Assembly (NCBI GenBank): GCA_050246755.1
Contig: JBFWVL010000001.1
Coordinates: forward strand, 1,632,001-1,696,000
Length of the DNA stretch: 64,000 bases
Direction: 5' to 3'
From: Bacteriovoracia bacterium
Lineage (GTDB): Bacteria; Bdellovibrionota; UBA1018; CAIPTA01
A program made the position numbers and the translations under genes. The notes under the pieces were generated by a model that saw only the letters and a list, made by a program, of their open reading frames with translations, was not told the DNA's origin and did not search any database. Shown piece after piece: positions 17,648 to 26,607 of the stretch. Positions within the stretch are counted from its first letter, which is position 1; each line of letters opens with the position of its first letter.

Positions 17648-19212
17648 TGAGCCGGCGCGAAATAAAGTGGGCGGCGCTCAGCGGGATCCTTCTTGGCATT
17701 TCGGTTTTACCCACCGATAAAATTCCTTTAGGCCACTGGCCTATATTTTTCGGCTTTGTGCCCCTGTGGAATTACTGGCTCACCAATCCCGAAGGGAAAA
17801 ATATTTTTCGCGCCGGTTGGATAACCCAGTTTCTATTCACGCTAATCGCCTTTAACTGGGTGGCTCACACGGTTCACGAATTTAGTTTCCTGCCTTGGCC
17901 GCTGGCCGCGCTCGTGCTCATGCTCTTCTGCGCGGTAGCGAACCTTTATCTGCCGATCGCCGGAATGCTCTGGAAATGGCTTTTTCCTTCTAGCGCCTAC
18001 GGGGAAGGGGCTCGCATTATGGCGCTGGTGTTACTCACGGCGCTCGGGGAGCGCGCCTTCCCGATGATCTTCGAATGGAACTTCGGTTATGTTTGGTTTT
18101 ATGAGCGCTGGCCGGGATTTCATTTTGCCGACGTGATCGGTTTTCGCGGGCTAAGTACCGCGTGTCTCGTGCTGAATGGGCTAGTGTTGTTTGCCTGGCG
18201 AAAAAAAATCAGAGGCGAGCGCTGGTGGGTTCCGCTGGCGGCCGCGTCGGTATTTTTAATGGCGTTGAATTGGGCGGGCACCTACCGCCTGCATTCTTTG
18301 GTGCCGGCCGATCGCTCGCTTCGCGTGCTGGTGGTGCAAGCGAATATCGGGAACAAACAGAAACACCAAGCTGAATTTGGCGAAGGATACCGGGATGCGA
18401 TCATAGGAAAGTATATCGATCTCACGGAAAGAGCACTGGGCGCATCCGGCTCTAAGCCGGATTTCGTGGTGTGGCCGGAGAATGCCTTTCCTGATCTCCT
18501 GCTCGAGCCCACGCTCACGCAGGGGAAAGCACTCATCCTCAAGAGGTTTTTGGTGGAGCAAAAGGTGAGCCTCATAACTGGCGCTTACGGCTTTAACGGA
18601 ACCGATGCGATCACGAACTCAGTTTTTCTCCTTTCCTCCGGGGGAGAGTGGGCGGCAGCGCCTTACCGAAAGACCGTACTCCTTCCCTTCGGAGAATATA
18701 TTCCCGGTGCCCGGTGGTTTCCCTGGCTAAAAAATCTCTTGCCTCACGTGCGTGACTTCGGCGCGGGCTCCGGCCCCGCGGTGCTCTCTCTGCACGAGGC
18801 AAGGCTCGGCATTCAGATTTGCTACGAGGGGCTTTTTGATTGGTTCACCAGGGCCTCGGCCCGAGACGGAGCGAATCTGATCGTGAATGTAACGAATGAC
18901 TCTTGGTACGGAAAATGGCAGCAACCCTATCAGCATTTCTATATGACGCTCGGGCGTGCGATCGAAACGAGGCTTCCTTTATTGCGCGCCACGAACACCG
19001 GGATCTCGGGCGTTGCGCTGGCGAATGGAGAGATACTGGAGCTTTCTCCCATGCACGAAGAATGGACGCACGTGTATTCCATTCCCTACACACAGGCTCC
19101 TGGACTCACGCCATTCGTGAGATACGGGTATTGGCTGGTGCCGGGAATGCTCGCAGCGCTTCTGCTTGGGCTATTGGGGATGCGCCTTCGCCGGCGCTCT
19201 TCCCATAGTTAG
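17647..19212 (+). CDS. lnt: Apolipoprotein N-acyltransferase
   Basis: TM N-domain; QANI, WPEN, K..LLPFGEYIP, ICYE, TNDSWY, RATNTGIS. Confidence 0.97.
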   Translation: MSRREIKWAALSGILLGISVLPTDKIPLGHWPIFFGFVPLWNYWLTNPEGKNIFRAGWITQFLFTLIAFNWVAHTVHEFSFLPWPLAALVLMLFCAVANLYLPIAGMLWKWLFPSSAYGEGARIMALVLLTALGERAFPMIFEWNFGYVWFYERWPGFHFADVIGFRGLSTACLVLNGLVLFAWRKKIRGERWWVPLAAASVFLMALNWAGTYRLHSLVPADRSLRVLVVQANIGNKQKHQAEFGEGYRDAIIGKYIDLTERALGASGSKPDFVVWPENAFPDLLLEPTLTQGKALILKRFLVEQKVSLITGAYGFNGTDAITNSVFLLSSGGEWAAAPYRKTVLLPFGEYIPGARWFPWLKNLLPHVRDFGAGSGPAVLSLHEARLGIQICYEGLFDWFTRASARDGANLIVNVTNDSWYGKWQQPYQHFYMTLGRAIETRLPLLRATNTGISGVALANGEILELSPMHEEWTHVYSIPYTQAPGLTPFVRYGYWLVPGMLAALLLGLLGMRLRRRSSHS

Positions 19213-19994
19213 CGAGGCTGGTAAGCCAGGCTGTCGGGAGCGGGGCAGAGGGCCGCTTTCTCCGCGCTCGTAAGCTGCATGCTCGGATTCACCGTGAACG
19301 AACGGATCATCCCACGAATGGTCTCAAAGCCCGGCTCGGTATTGAATCCGTCGGTATTTTGGTCCCAATACGCAACGGCCTGCTCGGCGGTGAAGCCGCA
19401 GAACTGACGAAGCGTGGTAGCCGCCACGTAGCCCGAAGCATGCCATCCATTCCAGCAGTGGGCGTACATGGGGCCTCGACGTGGATCGCGTACGTGTTCG
19501 AAGATTTGCGAGTGAAGCAGATCCAGATCTTCGGGGCGGTAGGAAAGTGGGCTGATCTGCACGTACTCCAAGGTGTTCTCCACGTTGTCGTAGGTGCGGC
19601 AGCGGGTTTGTTTTTTGGCCGTATTATAGTTCTTGGCGTAGAGGTATACCGCGCGCGTGAATCCTTCCTTGCAAAGATTCTCCAGGCCTTCTTTGGGCAG
19701 GGGATTCGAGTTAGAGCGCTTTTTGTGTTTATTGTAGTAATTATTAGCGCCGCCGCGGTAGTACACGCCGTTCAGCACCGCGCGGGTATTGCGTAGGCCG
19801 TAAAGGCTGTCGTGTCCGTTGCCGTAGTTGTCCAAGAGCTTGTCGCCGGCCGTTGGGAGTTGGTAGCGCGTGCGGTATTTGCCGCCCACGATGGTATCGA
19901 TGCCTTTTGCCGAATCGGTTTCAATCCCGAAACCGAGCTGCGGGATAAGCGCGAGCGTGGCTATTAAATAAAATTTATTCAAACGTAGAGTCAT
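19209..19994 (-). CDS. Secreted protein-tyrosine/dual-specificity phosphatase-like protein with variant P-loop
   Basis: Signal peptide; N.R.V...YYRGG; YAHCWNGWHASG in place of HCx2Gx2R. Confidence 0.65.
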   Translation of the reverse strand: MTLRLNKFYLIATLALIPQLGFGIETDSAKGIDTIVGGKYRTRYQLPTAGDKLLDNYGNGHDSLYGLRNTRAVLNGVYYRGGANNYYNKHKKRSNSNPLPKEGLENLCKEGFTRAVYLYAKNYNTAKKQTRCRTYDNVENTLEYVQISPLSYRPEDLDLLHSQIFEHVRDPRRGPMYAHCWNGWHASGYVAATTLRQFCGFTAEQAVAYWDQNTDGFNTEPGFETIRGMIRSFTVNPSMQLTSAEKAALCPAPDSLAYQPR

Positions 19995-20242
19995 TTCCGC
20001 CTCCGTGCGTAATACTCCTCGGTCCATTAACTGCTTTCCTTAATGGTCCGACGAGTGGCGTTATGGGCCAAAGAGAAATCTTCCCTTTAGTATCCACCTG
20101 GCCAGATTTTTTTGGCTGAGCTAGCGGAAACGTGACTAAATCTTAAACAATTCCAAATATTTATACCGGTACCGGTAATAGTCAACTAATCTTGTCAATT
20201 AAGCTCGATTTTGGTAGTATCGGCCCCCACCGAGGAGTTTTT

Positions 20243-21679
20243 GTGAAACCAATTCTTGCTGCTCTCGTACTACCTGCTTTGCTCAGCGTGACCGCGCAGG
20301 CGACACTCGATTTGCGCCAGCTGCCCGGCCGGCAGACGATCACGCAGTCGCAGGCCGACCGTCACGATTTCTGCATTCTGCCGAAAACTCTTCCTGGTTT
20401 TGTTTATAACCAAAAACTTTTAGAGAAAGACCAGGGCACCGAAGCCGACCTTTGCGGCCTGAACCTCTATTCCGCTAGCGGCGAGATCGCCGCCTGCGCG
20501 AAGCTGAACAGCACGAATCCCGGCCTGAAAATCTTCAAATTAAAAACCGCCGCCGGTGGCCGCGCGAAATGGGAAACCGCGGAATGCGGAAAAGTGGATC
20601 CTAAGGGCGAAGGCAAAATGGTGGCGAAGTTCAAGCAGACCATGACCTGCTCCTATGCGCCCTCGCCCATCGCCTACTATCATATTTCTCGCGTGTTGGA
20701 TGCGCAGCCGGTAGTTCCCGTGGGCGTTCTGCGTACTATGGATGCCCGTACTCATCTGGAATACGTAAAAAAGGGCGCCATCGCGGCCAAAAAAATCTAT
20801 GGAGTATCGGAACCCGGCGCACCCATCCTACGGGCATGGACTCAGCTCTGGCCCGCGGCCCATCAAAATAAGCCCGCCGTGCTCTTCGATAGTTCCGGCA
20901 CCCAGGTGTGGGGCGGCTTGCTCGATTCCCCGAAAGGGAAAGAGCTGTATTCGGAAGTTTTCAAAAAGCCCGGCGCACGTTTCAACTACGATACTCGTTA
21001 CCAAGATTTCAAACTCACCGCGCCGTACCTAAAATTGAAAAATTCCGCTCCGCTCGCGACCAAGCTCGGAACCGATCTCACCACGGTGGCGCAACCCATG
21101 GTGCAGATGAAAGACGTTTCCGACATGATCCTGCTGGATTATTTGCTTAATCAGCAAGATCGCATGGGCAATATCCATTATCTCTCCTACTACCTCTACC
21201 TGAAGGACGGGGAGCTTAAGGACAAGAAAGTAAAAGACGAAGACGCTACCGACGGCACCGCGGCCGACATGAAGGCCAAAGGCGCGGTGGTGGTGAAGCG
21301 TATGCTGCTCGCCGATAACGATTGCGGCGTTACGAAAGACAATCTTATGCGCTCCAACCAGATTCTGGAGGGCATGGGCCATATGGGGCTCGAAACCTAC
21401 CGCCGCTTGCTCTGGCTTTCGAAACAGCTTCAGACCCCAGAGTGGAAGAGCTTTTTTCGCGAAGAATTGCAATTCACCCAGAACGACCTCGAGAAAAGCT
21501 CCGGCGCGAATCCCGGCCTGCTCGTGAATGCCGCGAATGCCGCCAAGATTCTTCAGGATAAATGCCGCAAAGGAACTCTTCAGCTCGACCTGAACATTAT
21601 CTTACAGCTGCAGGGAAAGAATATTACCGATAGTAAGCCGTTCTGCGATTTGCCGGCGAACTACCAGCCCGGAGTTTAA
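20243..21679 (+). CDS. Secreted Fam20C/four-jointed-like atypical kinase
   Basis: GTG after GAGGAG; signal peptide; IAYYHISRVLD..VVPVGVLR, DMILLDYLLNQQDR, LLADNDCG. Confidence 0.7.
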   Translation: MKPILAALVLPALLSVTAQATLDLRQLPGRQTITQSQADRHDFCILPKTLPGFVYNQKLLEKDQGTEADLCGLNLYSASGEIAACAKLNSTNPGLKIFKLKTAAGGRAKWETAECGKVDPKGEGKMVAKFKQTMTCSYAPSPIAYYHISRVLDAQPVVPVGVLRTMDARTHLEYVKKGAIAAKKIYGVSEPGAPILRAWTQLWPAAHQNKPAVLFDSSGTQVWGGLLDSPKGKELYSEVFKKPGARFNYDTRYQDFKLTAPYLKLKNSAPLATKLGTDLTTVAQPMVQMKDVSDMILLDYLLNQQDRMGNIHYLSYYLYLKDGELKDKKVKDEDATDGTAADMKAKGAVVVKRMLLADNDCGVTKDNLMRSNQILEGMGHMGLETYRRLLWLSKQLQTPEWKSFFREELQFTQNDLEKSSGANPGLLVNAANAAKILQDKCRKGTLQLDLNIILQLQGKNITDSKPFCDLPANYQPGV

Positions 21680-21682
21680 ATT

Positions 21683-22813
21683 ATGAAGAAGCTCAATCAA
21701 TTTCTCGCTGTTTTCCTGACTCTCGGATTTTTGTTTCCGGCCGCGCCCGCGCTGGCCGGCAAGGCCTATACCCAAGCCGAGCTCAATAAGCTTTGGCACC
21801 AAACGGGAAAGAAAGAGCGTAAGCTCGTTACCTCCAATTCCACGCACTTCTGGGCATGGGCCAAGAATGAAGCCGAGGGCTACGTGGGCGACTACCTCGC
21901 GCCCGAAGGGGTCGTGATCGGCGATCCACACCCGAGAAACGTTTTCGACTATCGCAATGGCGGTAAAGCGAAGCTAGCCGTAGCGGACATCGACGACGGC
22001 GGCCAGGCCCCGCTCTTTCTCGATATCGTGCGGCTGATCGTCTATACCGAAACGCTCGACATGAAGATCAAGATTAGCGAGATCTTCGACGCTTACGTGG
22101 ATGGTCTCCGTGGAAGCAAAACGGAAGAGCCCGATGCCATGGCGGACGCGCGCGCCGAGAGCCAGCGGGATATCGAGGCCGGGCACGCAAAATATATCGA
22201 TAAGCATACCACCCAAAAAGGAAAACTCGATCTCGAGGAGCTCAACCTTACCGGCCAAGACGATTTCAGTGCTGCCCAGAAAAAAGCCCTGGCCTCACTT
22301 TCTAAGATCGCGCTCCAGAGGACCGGCCTCGCCGAAGTGGTGGACGCCGGATTCAAGGTGAACGATAGCGGCAGCAGCTTGGGCATGGACCGCTACTGGC
22401 TCCTGCTCGGCAAGAACGGGGAAGGAAAGCTCCTCCTCGAGTTCAAGGAGCTCGGCCGCTCGGCCGTTAGCTACTACCAGCGTCAGGCCGGTACCGAGGC
22501 CCGCGTGAAAGAGGTTCTCGACGTATATAGCGACGACGGCCTCAACGACGAAAAATTCGGCGTGGTAGCGGCGGCCGGAAAAGAATTCTGGATGCGTCCG
22601 CGCCATTACCAGGCCCTCGATCTCGACGACGAAGACCTTTCTTCTAAGGACCAGAAAGAATTTGCCGAATATACCGCTAACTGGATCGGCCTCTCGCAAC
22701 GCAGCCAAGTCGACGGCAAAAAGCTCTTGAAGCTTATCGAGAAAGACCGGAAAACCGCCAAGGACGCCCTAGAAGAAATGGTGCGCGCCTACCTGGAAGA
22801 AATCCGCAATTAA
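21683..22813 (+). CDS. Secreted DUF2252-like kinase-fold protein
   Basis: Signal peptide ALA; GDPHPRN, ADIDD, GSSLG..RY, LEFKE. Confidence 0.75.
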   Translation: MKKLNQFLAVFLTLGFLFPAAPALAGKAYTQAELNKLWHQTGKKERKLVTSNSTHFWAWAKNEAEGYVGDYLAPEGVVIGDPHPRNVFDYRNGGKAKLAVADIDDGGQAPLFLDIVRLIVYTETLDMKIKISEIFDAYVDGLRGSKTEEPDAMADARAESQRDIEAGHAKYIDKHTTQKGKLDLEELNLTGQDDFSAAQKKALASLSKIALQRTGLAEVVDAGFKVNDSGSSLGMDRYWLLLGKNGEGKLLLEFKELGRSAVSYYQRQAGTEARVKEVLDVYSDDGLNDEKFGVVAAAGKEFWMRPRHYQALDLDDEDLSSKDQKEFAEYTANWIGLSQRSQVDGKKLLKLIEKDRKTAKDALEEMVRAYLEEIRN

Positions 22814-22890
22814 GGCCGGGCTTACCTGCTGCCGTTTGGAATTAAACTGATTCGCCTTAAGCCCTTGATCGCCTTAATTAATTCGGGGAA

Positions 22891-24834
22891 ATGCTCCGAT
22901 TAGTTAAGGTGGTTACATTTGGGCGCATAAAACAATATCTATTTGCATGCCTGCTTTCGTCGCTGCTGTTCTTTTCGGCGCTCTCCTTTGCCGCCGAAGA
23001 GCGCATTCTCGTGCGCGGCGTGGCCGCCGATTTCATCGATATCCTCGCCATGCCGGAACCGGATCAATCCCGTGCCTTGCGTGCCTTCGTGAGCAAGCAT
23101 CGGGAAACCCTCCAGCGCCTCTCTTCCGCCAAGTCGCCCGGCCGGGAAATCCTCGATTCTAGGGTACTGGGCTCCGCCGTGGACTGGACCCCCGAGATGG
23201 ATAAGTTATTCGTGGAGGCAATCGATGCCACTTTCCGCCACCCCATGTTTCTGCAAATCCTGCCTTTTACCACCGATCTCTTTCAGCTTGTTCCCGACGA
23301 TAATCTTAAATTCGTGCTCATGCGCAGCTCGGCCAAGCTGGATTCGTTCAGCGTGTCCAACCAGCCCGGATTCCGCAGTATCTTAGATCCTAAAACCGGC
23401 GTGAGCATTGCCAACCCCGATATCAAAAAGCTGGCCGAAGAGATGCTGCCGAAGTTCTACGATTCCCTTCCCGTGAGAATGAAGGCGAAAATCATCGCCT
23501 CCGTGCTGCGCCTTTCTCCCGATGCCAGCGCCACGCACCAAGCTTCCGAAGTTCTCCAGAGCTCGGGGCCGATCGCGCAAAAATTATTCCAGTTGATTGG
23601 CCGGGAGAGTAACTCACCCGAAATGGCGATCGTGCTTGAAGAACTGCAGGCCAACGTAAAGCCCATTCCACAGGTGGAAATTGTGCAGGTGGTGGAGGCC
23701 CGCCTCGGCAAAAAGATCCCGGAAGTATTTTCTAGCTTCTCCGAGCCCATCGCTTCCGGCACGGTGGGCCAGGTGCATTTCGCTACCCTGGCGAGCAGCG
23801 GTGAACAGGTGGCCGTGAAAGTGAGGCGGCCGGGCGTGGAAGCCGCGTACCGCGGAGAATTGGAGGCCCTGCGTTTGGCCACGAAGGGCACCGATAAGGC
23901 TCAGTTGGTGGTAAAGATCGAAAGCACCGTGGGCCGGGAACTGAATTTTCTTCTGGAGTCCCATAATCTCAAAGCTGGCGAAGTGTATATTAACGATAAG
24001 AGCGGTATTAAGATCGCGAGTCTCGTGGATGGAATCGCCCCGCACGAAGATCTCCTCGTGATGCGCAAAGCCGAAGGAATGAAAATTAATCGCTTCGTGC
24101 GCGCCACGGATCTCGTGAAGCGGGGGGAGGCGATGAGCCGCCTGCTCGACGCGTGGGTGCTTGAGTCCGTTTTCCGCGACGGATTCTTCCACGGGGATTT
24201 GCATCCGGGGAATGTATTCTTCAAGCTAGACGACAAGGCCCGAAATGGCTATGAGCTCACCATGCTTGATTTCGGCAATGCCGGCCGCATTACGCTGACT
24301 CAGCAGAAGGCTTTCGTGAAGATGCTGGCCGCGATCACTCTCCGCTCCCCCGAGGATCTGGCCGCCGCCATCGGCACGCTGGGGAGGATTCCGGACGGAG
24401 TGAGGGACGTGGTGCTTGCCGATTTCCGGAAAGCGCTGGAGCGATCCCCGCACTATCCCCTCGATTCCTGGTATAACGAGGTTTTTTCGGAAATCCTGGA
24501 AAGCTGCCTAAAGAACAAGGTCGATATGCCGGACTCTTTCTTGGCCTTCAATCGCGGAAAGGCTTTTTTGGAAATCGAGCTGCACGAAGTGAATAAGCTG
24601 CTCGATAAGGTGGACCCGAAACAGGCGCTCAAGCGTTTCGATGCGACCCGTGTGATGGCGAAGGTTCTGCTGCGCCAGATCCCGAAGGTTCCGGCCAATA
24701 TGCTCAAGGGTTCCGATAAATCGGTACTTACGTTCGAAATGATGCGGGAGATCGCGGGCATGTGGAAAAATTCTCTGTACGAGAACTCCATTCAGATGTG
24801 CAAGCAGCTCTTCGGGGCGCTGAAGAAGCAATAG
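22891..24834 (+). CDS. ABC1/UbiB(AarF)-family atypical kinase with signal peptide (alternative GTG start 22909)
   Basis: GP..QKL.Q, IASGTVGQVH, VAVKV, FFHGDLHPGN, LDFG. Confidence 0.9.
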   Translation: MLRLVKVVTFGRIKQYLFACLLSSLLFFSALSFAAEERILVRGVAADFIDILAMPEPDQSRALRAFVSKHRETLQRLSSAKSPGREILDSRVLGSAVDWTPEMDKLFVEAIDATFRHPMFLQILPFTTDLFQLVPDDNLKFVLMRSSAKLDSFSVSNQPGFRSILDPKTGVSIANPDIKKLAEEMLPKFYDSLPVRMKAKIIASVLRLSPDASATHQASEVLQSSGPIAQKLFQLIGRESNSPEMAIVLEELQANVKPIPQVEIVQVVEARLGKKIPEVFSSFSEPIASGTVGQVHFATLASSGEQVAVKVRRPGVEAAYRGELEALRLATKGTDKAQLVVKIESTVGRELNFLLESHNLKAGEVYINDKSGIKIASLVDGIAPHEDLLVMRKAEGMKINRFVRATDLVKRGEAMSRLLDAWVLESVFRDGFFHGDLHPGNVFFKLDDKARNGYELTMLDFGNAGRITLTQQKAFVKMLAAITLRSPEDLAAAIGTLGRIPDGVRDVVLADFRKALERSPHYPLDSWYNEVFSEILESCLKNKVDMPDSFLAFNRGKAFLEIELHEVNKLLDKVDPKQALKRFDATRVMAKVLLRQIPKVPANMLKGSDKSVLTFEMMREIAGMWKNSLYENSIQMCKQLFGALKKQ

Positions 24835-24859
24835 TCACGAAAAGTTTTTTCATTCCTCT

Positions 24860-24887
24860 TGCAACCTTTTGCCTCCATCCGCTCAAA
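24860..24887 (+). promoter_or_regulatory. ECF sigma autoregulatory promoter
   Basis: TGCAACC-N16-TCAAA; second copy at 25644-25671. Confidence 0.7.
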
Positions 24888-24895
24888 TGCTGTTA

Positions 24896-25396
24896 ATGAG
24901 CCTGCAGGATATCAATTGGGACGCGACGGTCTTAGAGCTTGGCCCTAAGCTATACCGTTACTTTTCCGGGCTTTTCCCGCCCCAAACGGCATCCGATTTG
25001 GTGCAGGAAACCTTCATGCGTCTTTTAAAGAAGATAAGGTCGGGCGAGTTTCAACCCGAAATGGGCGCTTTGCCATCCTACGCTTTTGGCATTGCCCGGT
25101 GGATACGCATCGAGCGGGCCCGTGGCGATCGCAAGAACCAAACCCTGCAACTCACCGAAGAGTTTGATGTGGTCTCATCCGAGACCCCGGTCGACCGCTC
25201 CAATCCTGCCATTTTCTTACGCTGGGCTATCGGCCAGCTAAAGCCAGTAGAGCAGGAAGTCATTCTAAGGATGATCGATGGGGAATGCGGCCTCGAGCAA
25301 ATAGGTGGCGAGCTCGGTATGCCGCTCGGAACCGTGAAAAGCCACGCGCACCGCGCAAAGATTCGATTGAAAGAGCTAATGGAGGTAACCGTATGA
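24896..25396 (+). CDS. ECF RNA polymerase sigma factor
   Basis: A.DLVQETF region 2; I...LGMPLGTVKS..HRA region 4. Confidence 0.93.
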   Translation: MSLQDINWDATVLELGPKLYRYFSGLFPPQTASDLVQETFMRLLKKIRSGEFQPEMGALPSYAFGIARWIRIERARGDRKNQTLQLTEEFDVVSSETPVDRSNPAIFLRWAIGQLKPVEQEVILRMIDGECGLEQIGGELGMPLGTVKSHAHRAKIRLKELMEVTV

Positions 25397-25680
25397 ATGA
25401 ACGTGACGATGAGCTCGACGCTTTACTGGCTCCGCTTCGCGGCATAAAACCAAGCGAGGCTCAGCTGAGCGGTTGGCGGAACGCCGTTCGTGGTGAAATG
25501 AATCCTACCAAAAGAATGAATCCATGGATGGCTCGTGCCGTACAGCTTACGGCGGCGGCTTTCATTGGATTTTTAGTGGGCGCTTGGTTTTTCCGTGCGC
25601 ACTCTTTCACCGCGCCCGCTGAAGATATTTTTGCGCATTCCGATGCAACCTTCGAGCGCTCACATATCAATTTAGATTAG
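25393..25680 (+). CDS. Putative single-TM anti-sigma factor
   Basis: ATGA overlap with the sigma gene, RBS GGAGG, one TM helix. Confidence 0.7.
   Translation: MNERDDELDALLAPLRGIKPSEAQLSGWRNAVRGEMNPTKRMNPWMARAVQLTAAAFIGFLVGAWFFRAHSFTAPAEDIFAHSDATFERSHINLD
25644..25671 (+). promoter_or_regulatory. Second ECF promoter upstream of the secreted protein gene
   Basis: TGCAACC-N16-TCAAT. Confidence 0.65.
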
Positions 25681-25701
25681 AAAAATTAACATGGAGATTT
25701 T

Positions 25702-26544
25702 ATGATCGTAAAATTTTTAGTTCTTTCCAATCTGCTCGCTATTTCAGCCTTCTCCGCGAACCTTACGCCCGCCGAAATTCGCGAACGATTGGAAGTGCGC
25801 GCTGATGTGTACCAAATGGATGCATCGGGAAAACGCGTCGTCGCCGGCCCTCTGCGCACTAACTATTGGCGCTTTAGTCCTGAGGAAACGGTTCTTGAGG
25901 GGGACTGGTCTTCCAATTTTAATAACGCCGTCTTGGCCCTTCGCCACCGCATTGAGGTCACAAACACCGGGACCATCAAGTTTTCTTTAGAAGAATTCGA
26001 AAAGATATACGAGAAAGTTCCAGGAGCGAAGGGGCCGACCCTCAAAGAATCTCTCGGGAAAAAAGAGATGGAATTAGATGGTCTGGAGGCGATCGTCTGG
26101 AAAGTAAAAAATCCAAAATCGCCCGGTATGGTGGTTCGCTATTTCTTGAATCTGAAAGAAACCTCCGAGCCGATTTCGATGAATGAGCTCCCCGTGGCGG
26201 CTACCGGAGTTTCTATTGCAGATACCGACGGCTACCTATGGGCCGATGAAGTGGACATGCACGGAAAATACACCGGGATAACGACCCACAGAGGGACTTT
26301 GCTTCTCAGCTACGTTCCTTTCGCGGGCGCCAAAGAGATGGGAATCGTAGAAAAGAACGAAATGCGGTTGACGGTTTCTAAAAAATTTAAAATTACCTTG
26401 CGAGCCAAGACTGATTTTTTACCGGCCACCTTAAGCGCGAAAGTATACGCTTTATATAGGGCAGATAAGCGTACTAAAGCCCCTAATTCCGTAAGCAGCT
26501 TCGATTCAAATAAAGAAGAAAATATTTTAGAGCAGTTGAAGTGA
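25702..26544 (+). CDS. Secreted hypothetical protein (probable ECF target)
   Basis: RBS GGAG, signal peptide, 280 aa, beta-rich. Confidence 0.8.
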   Translation: MIVKFLVLSNLLAISAFSANLTPAEIRERLEVRADVYQMDASGKRVVAGPLRTNYWRFSPEETVLEGDWSSNFNNAVLALRHRIEVTNTGTIKFSLEEFEKIYEKVPGAKGPTLKESLGKKEMELDGLEAIVWKVKNPKSPGMVVRYFLNLKETSEPISMNELPVAATGVSIADTDGYLWADEVDMHGKYTGITTHRGTLLLSYVPFAGAKEMGIVEKNEMRLTVSKKFKITLRAKTDFLPATLSAKVYALYRADKRTKAPNSVSSFDSNKEENILEQLK

Positions 26545-26581
26545 AAAAATGCGCCGCCCTTTTCGGGCGGTGCATTTTTTT
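26544..26581. terminator. Bidirectional intrinsic terminator
   Basis: AAAAAATGCGCCGCCC-TTTTC-GGGCGGTGCATTTTTT. Confidence 0.88.
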
Positions 26582-26607
26582 ATTTTATATTCAGTATTAA
26601 TGCTTTG

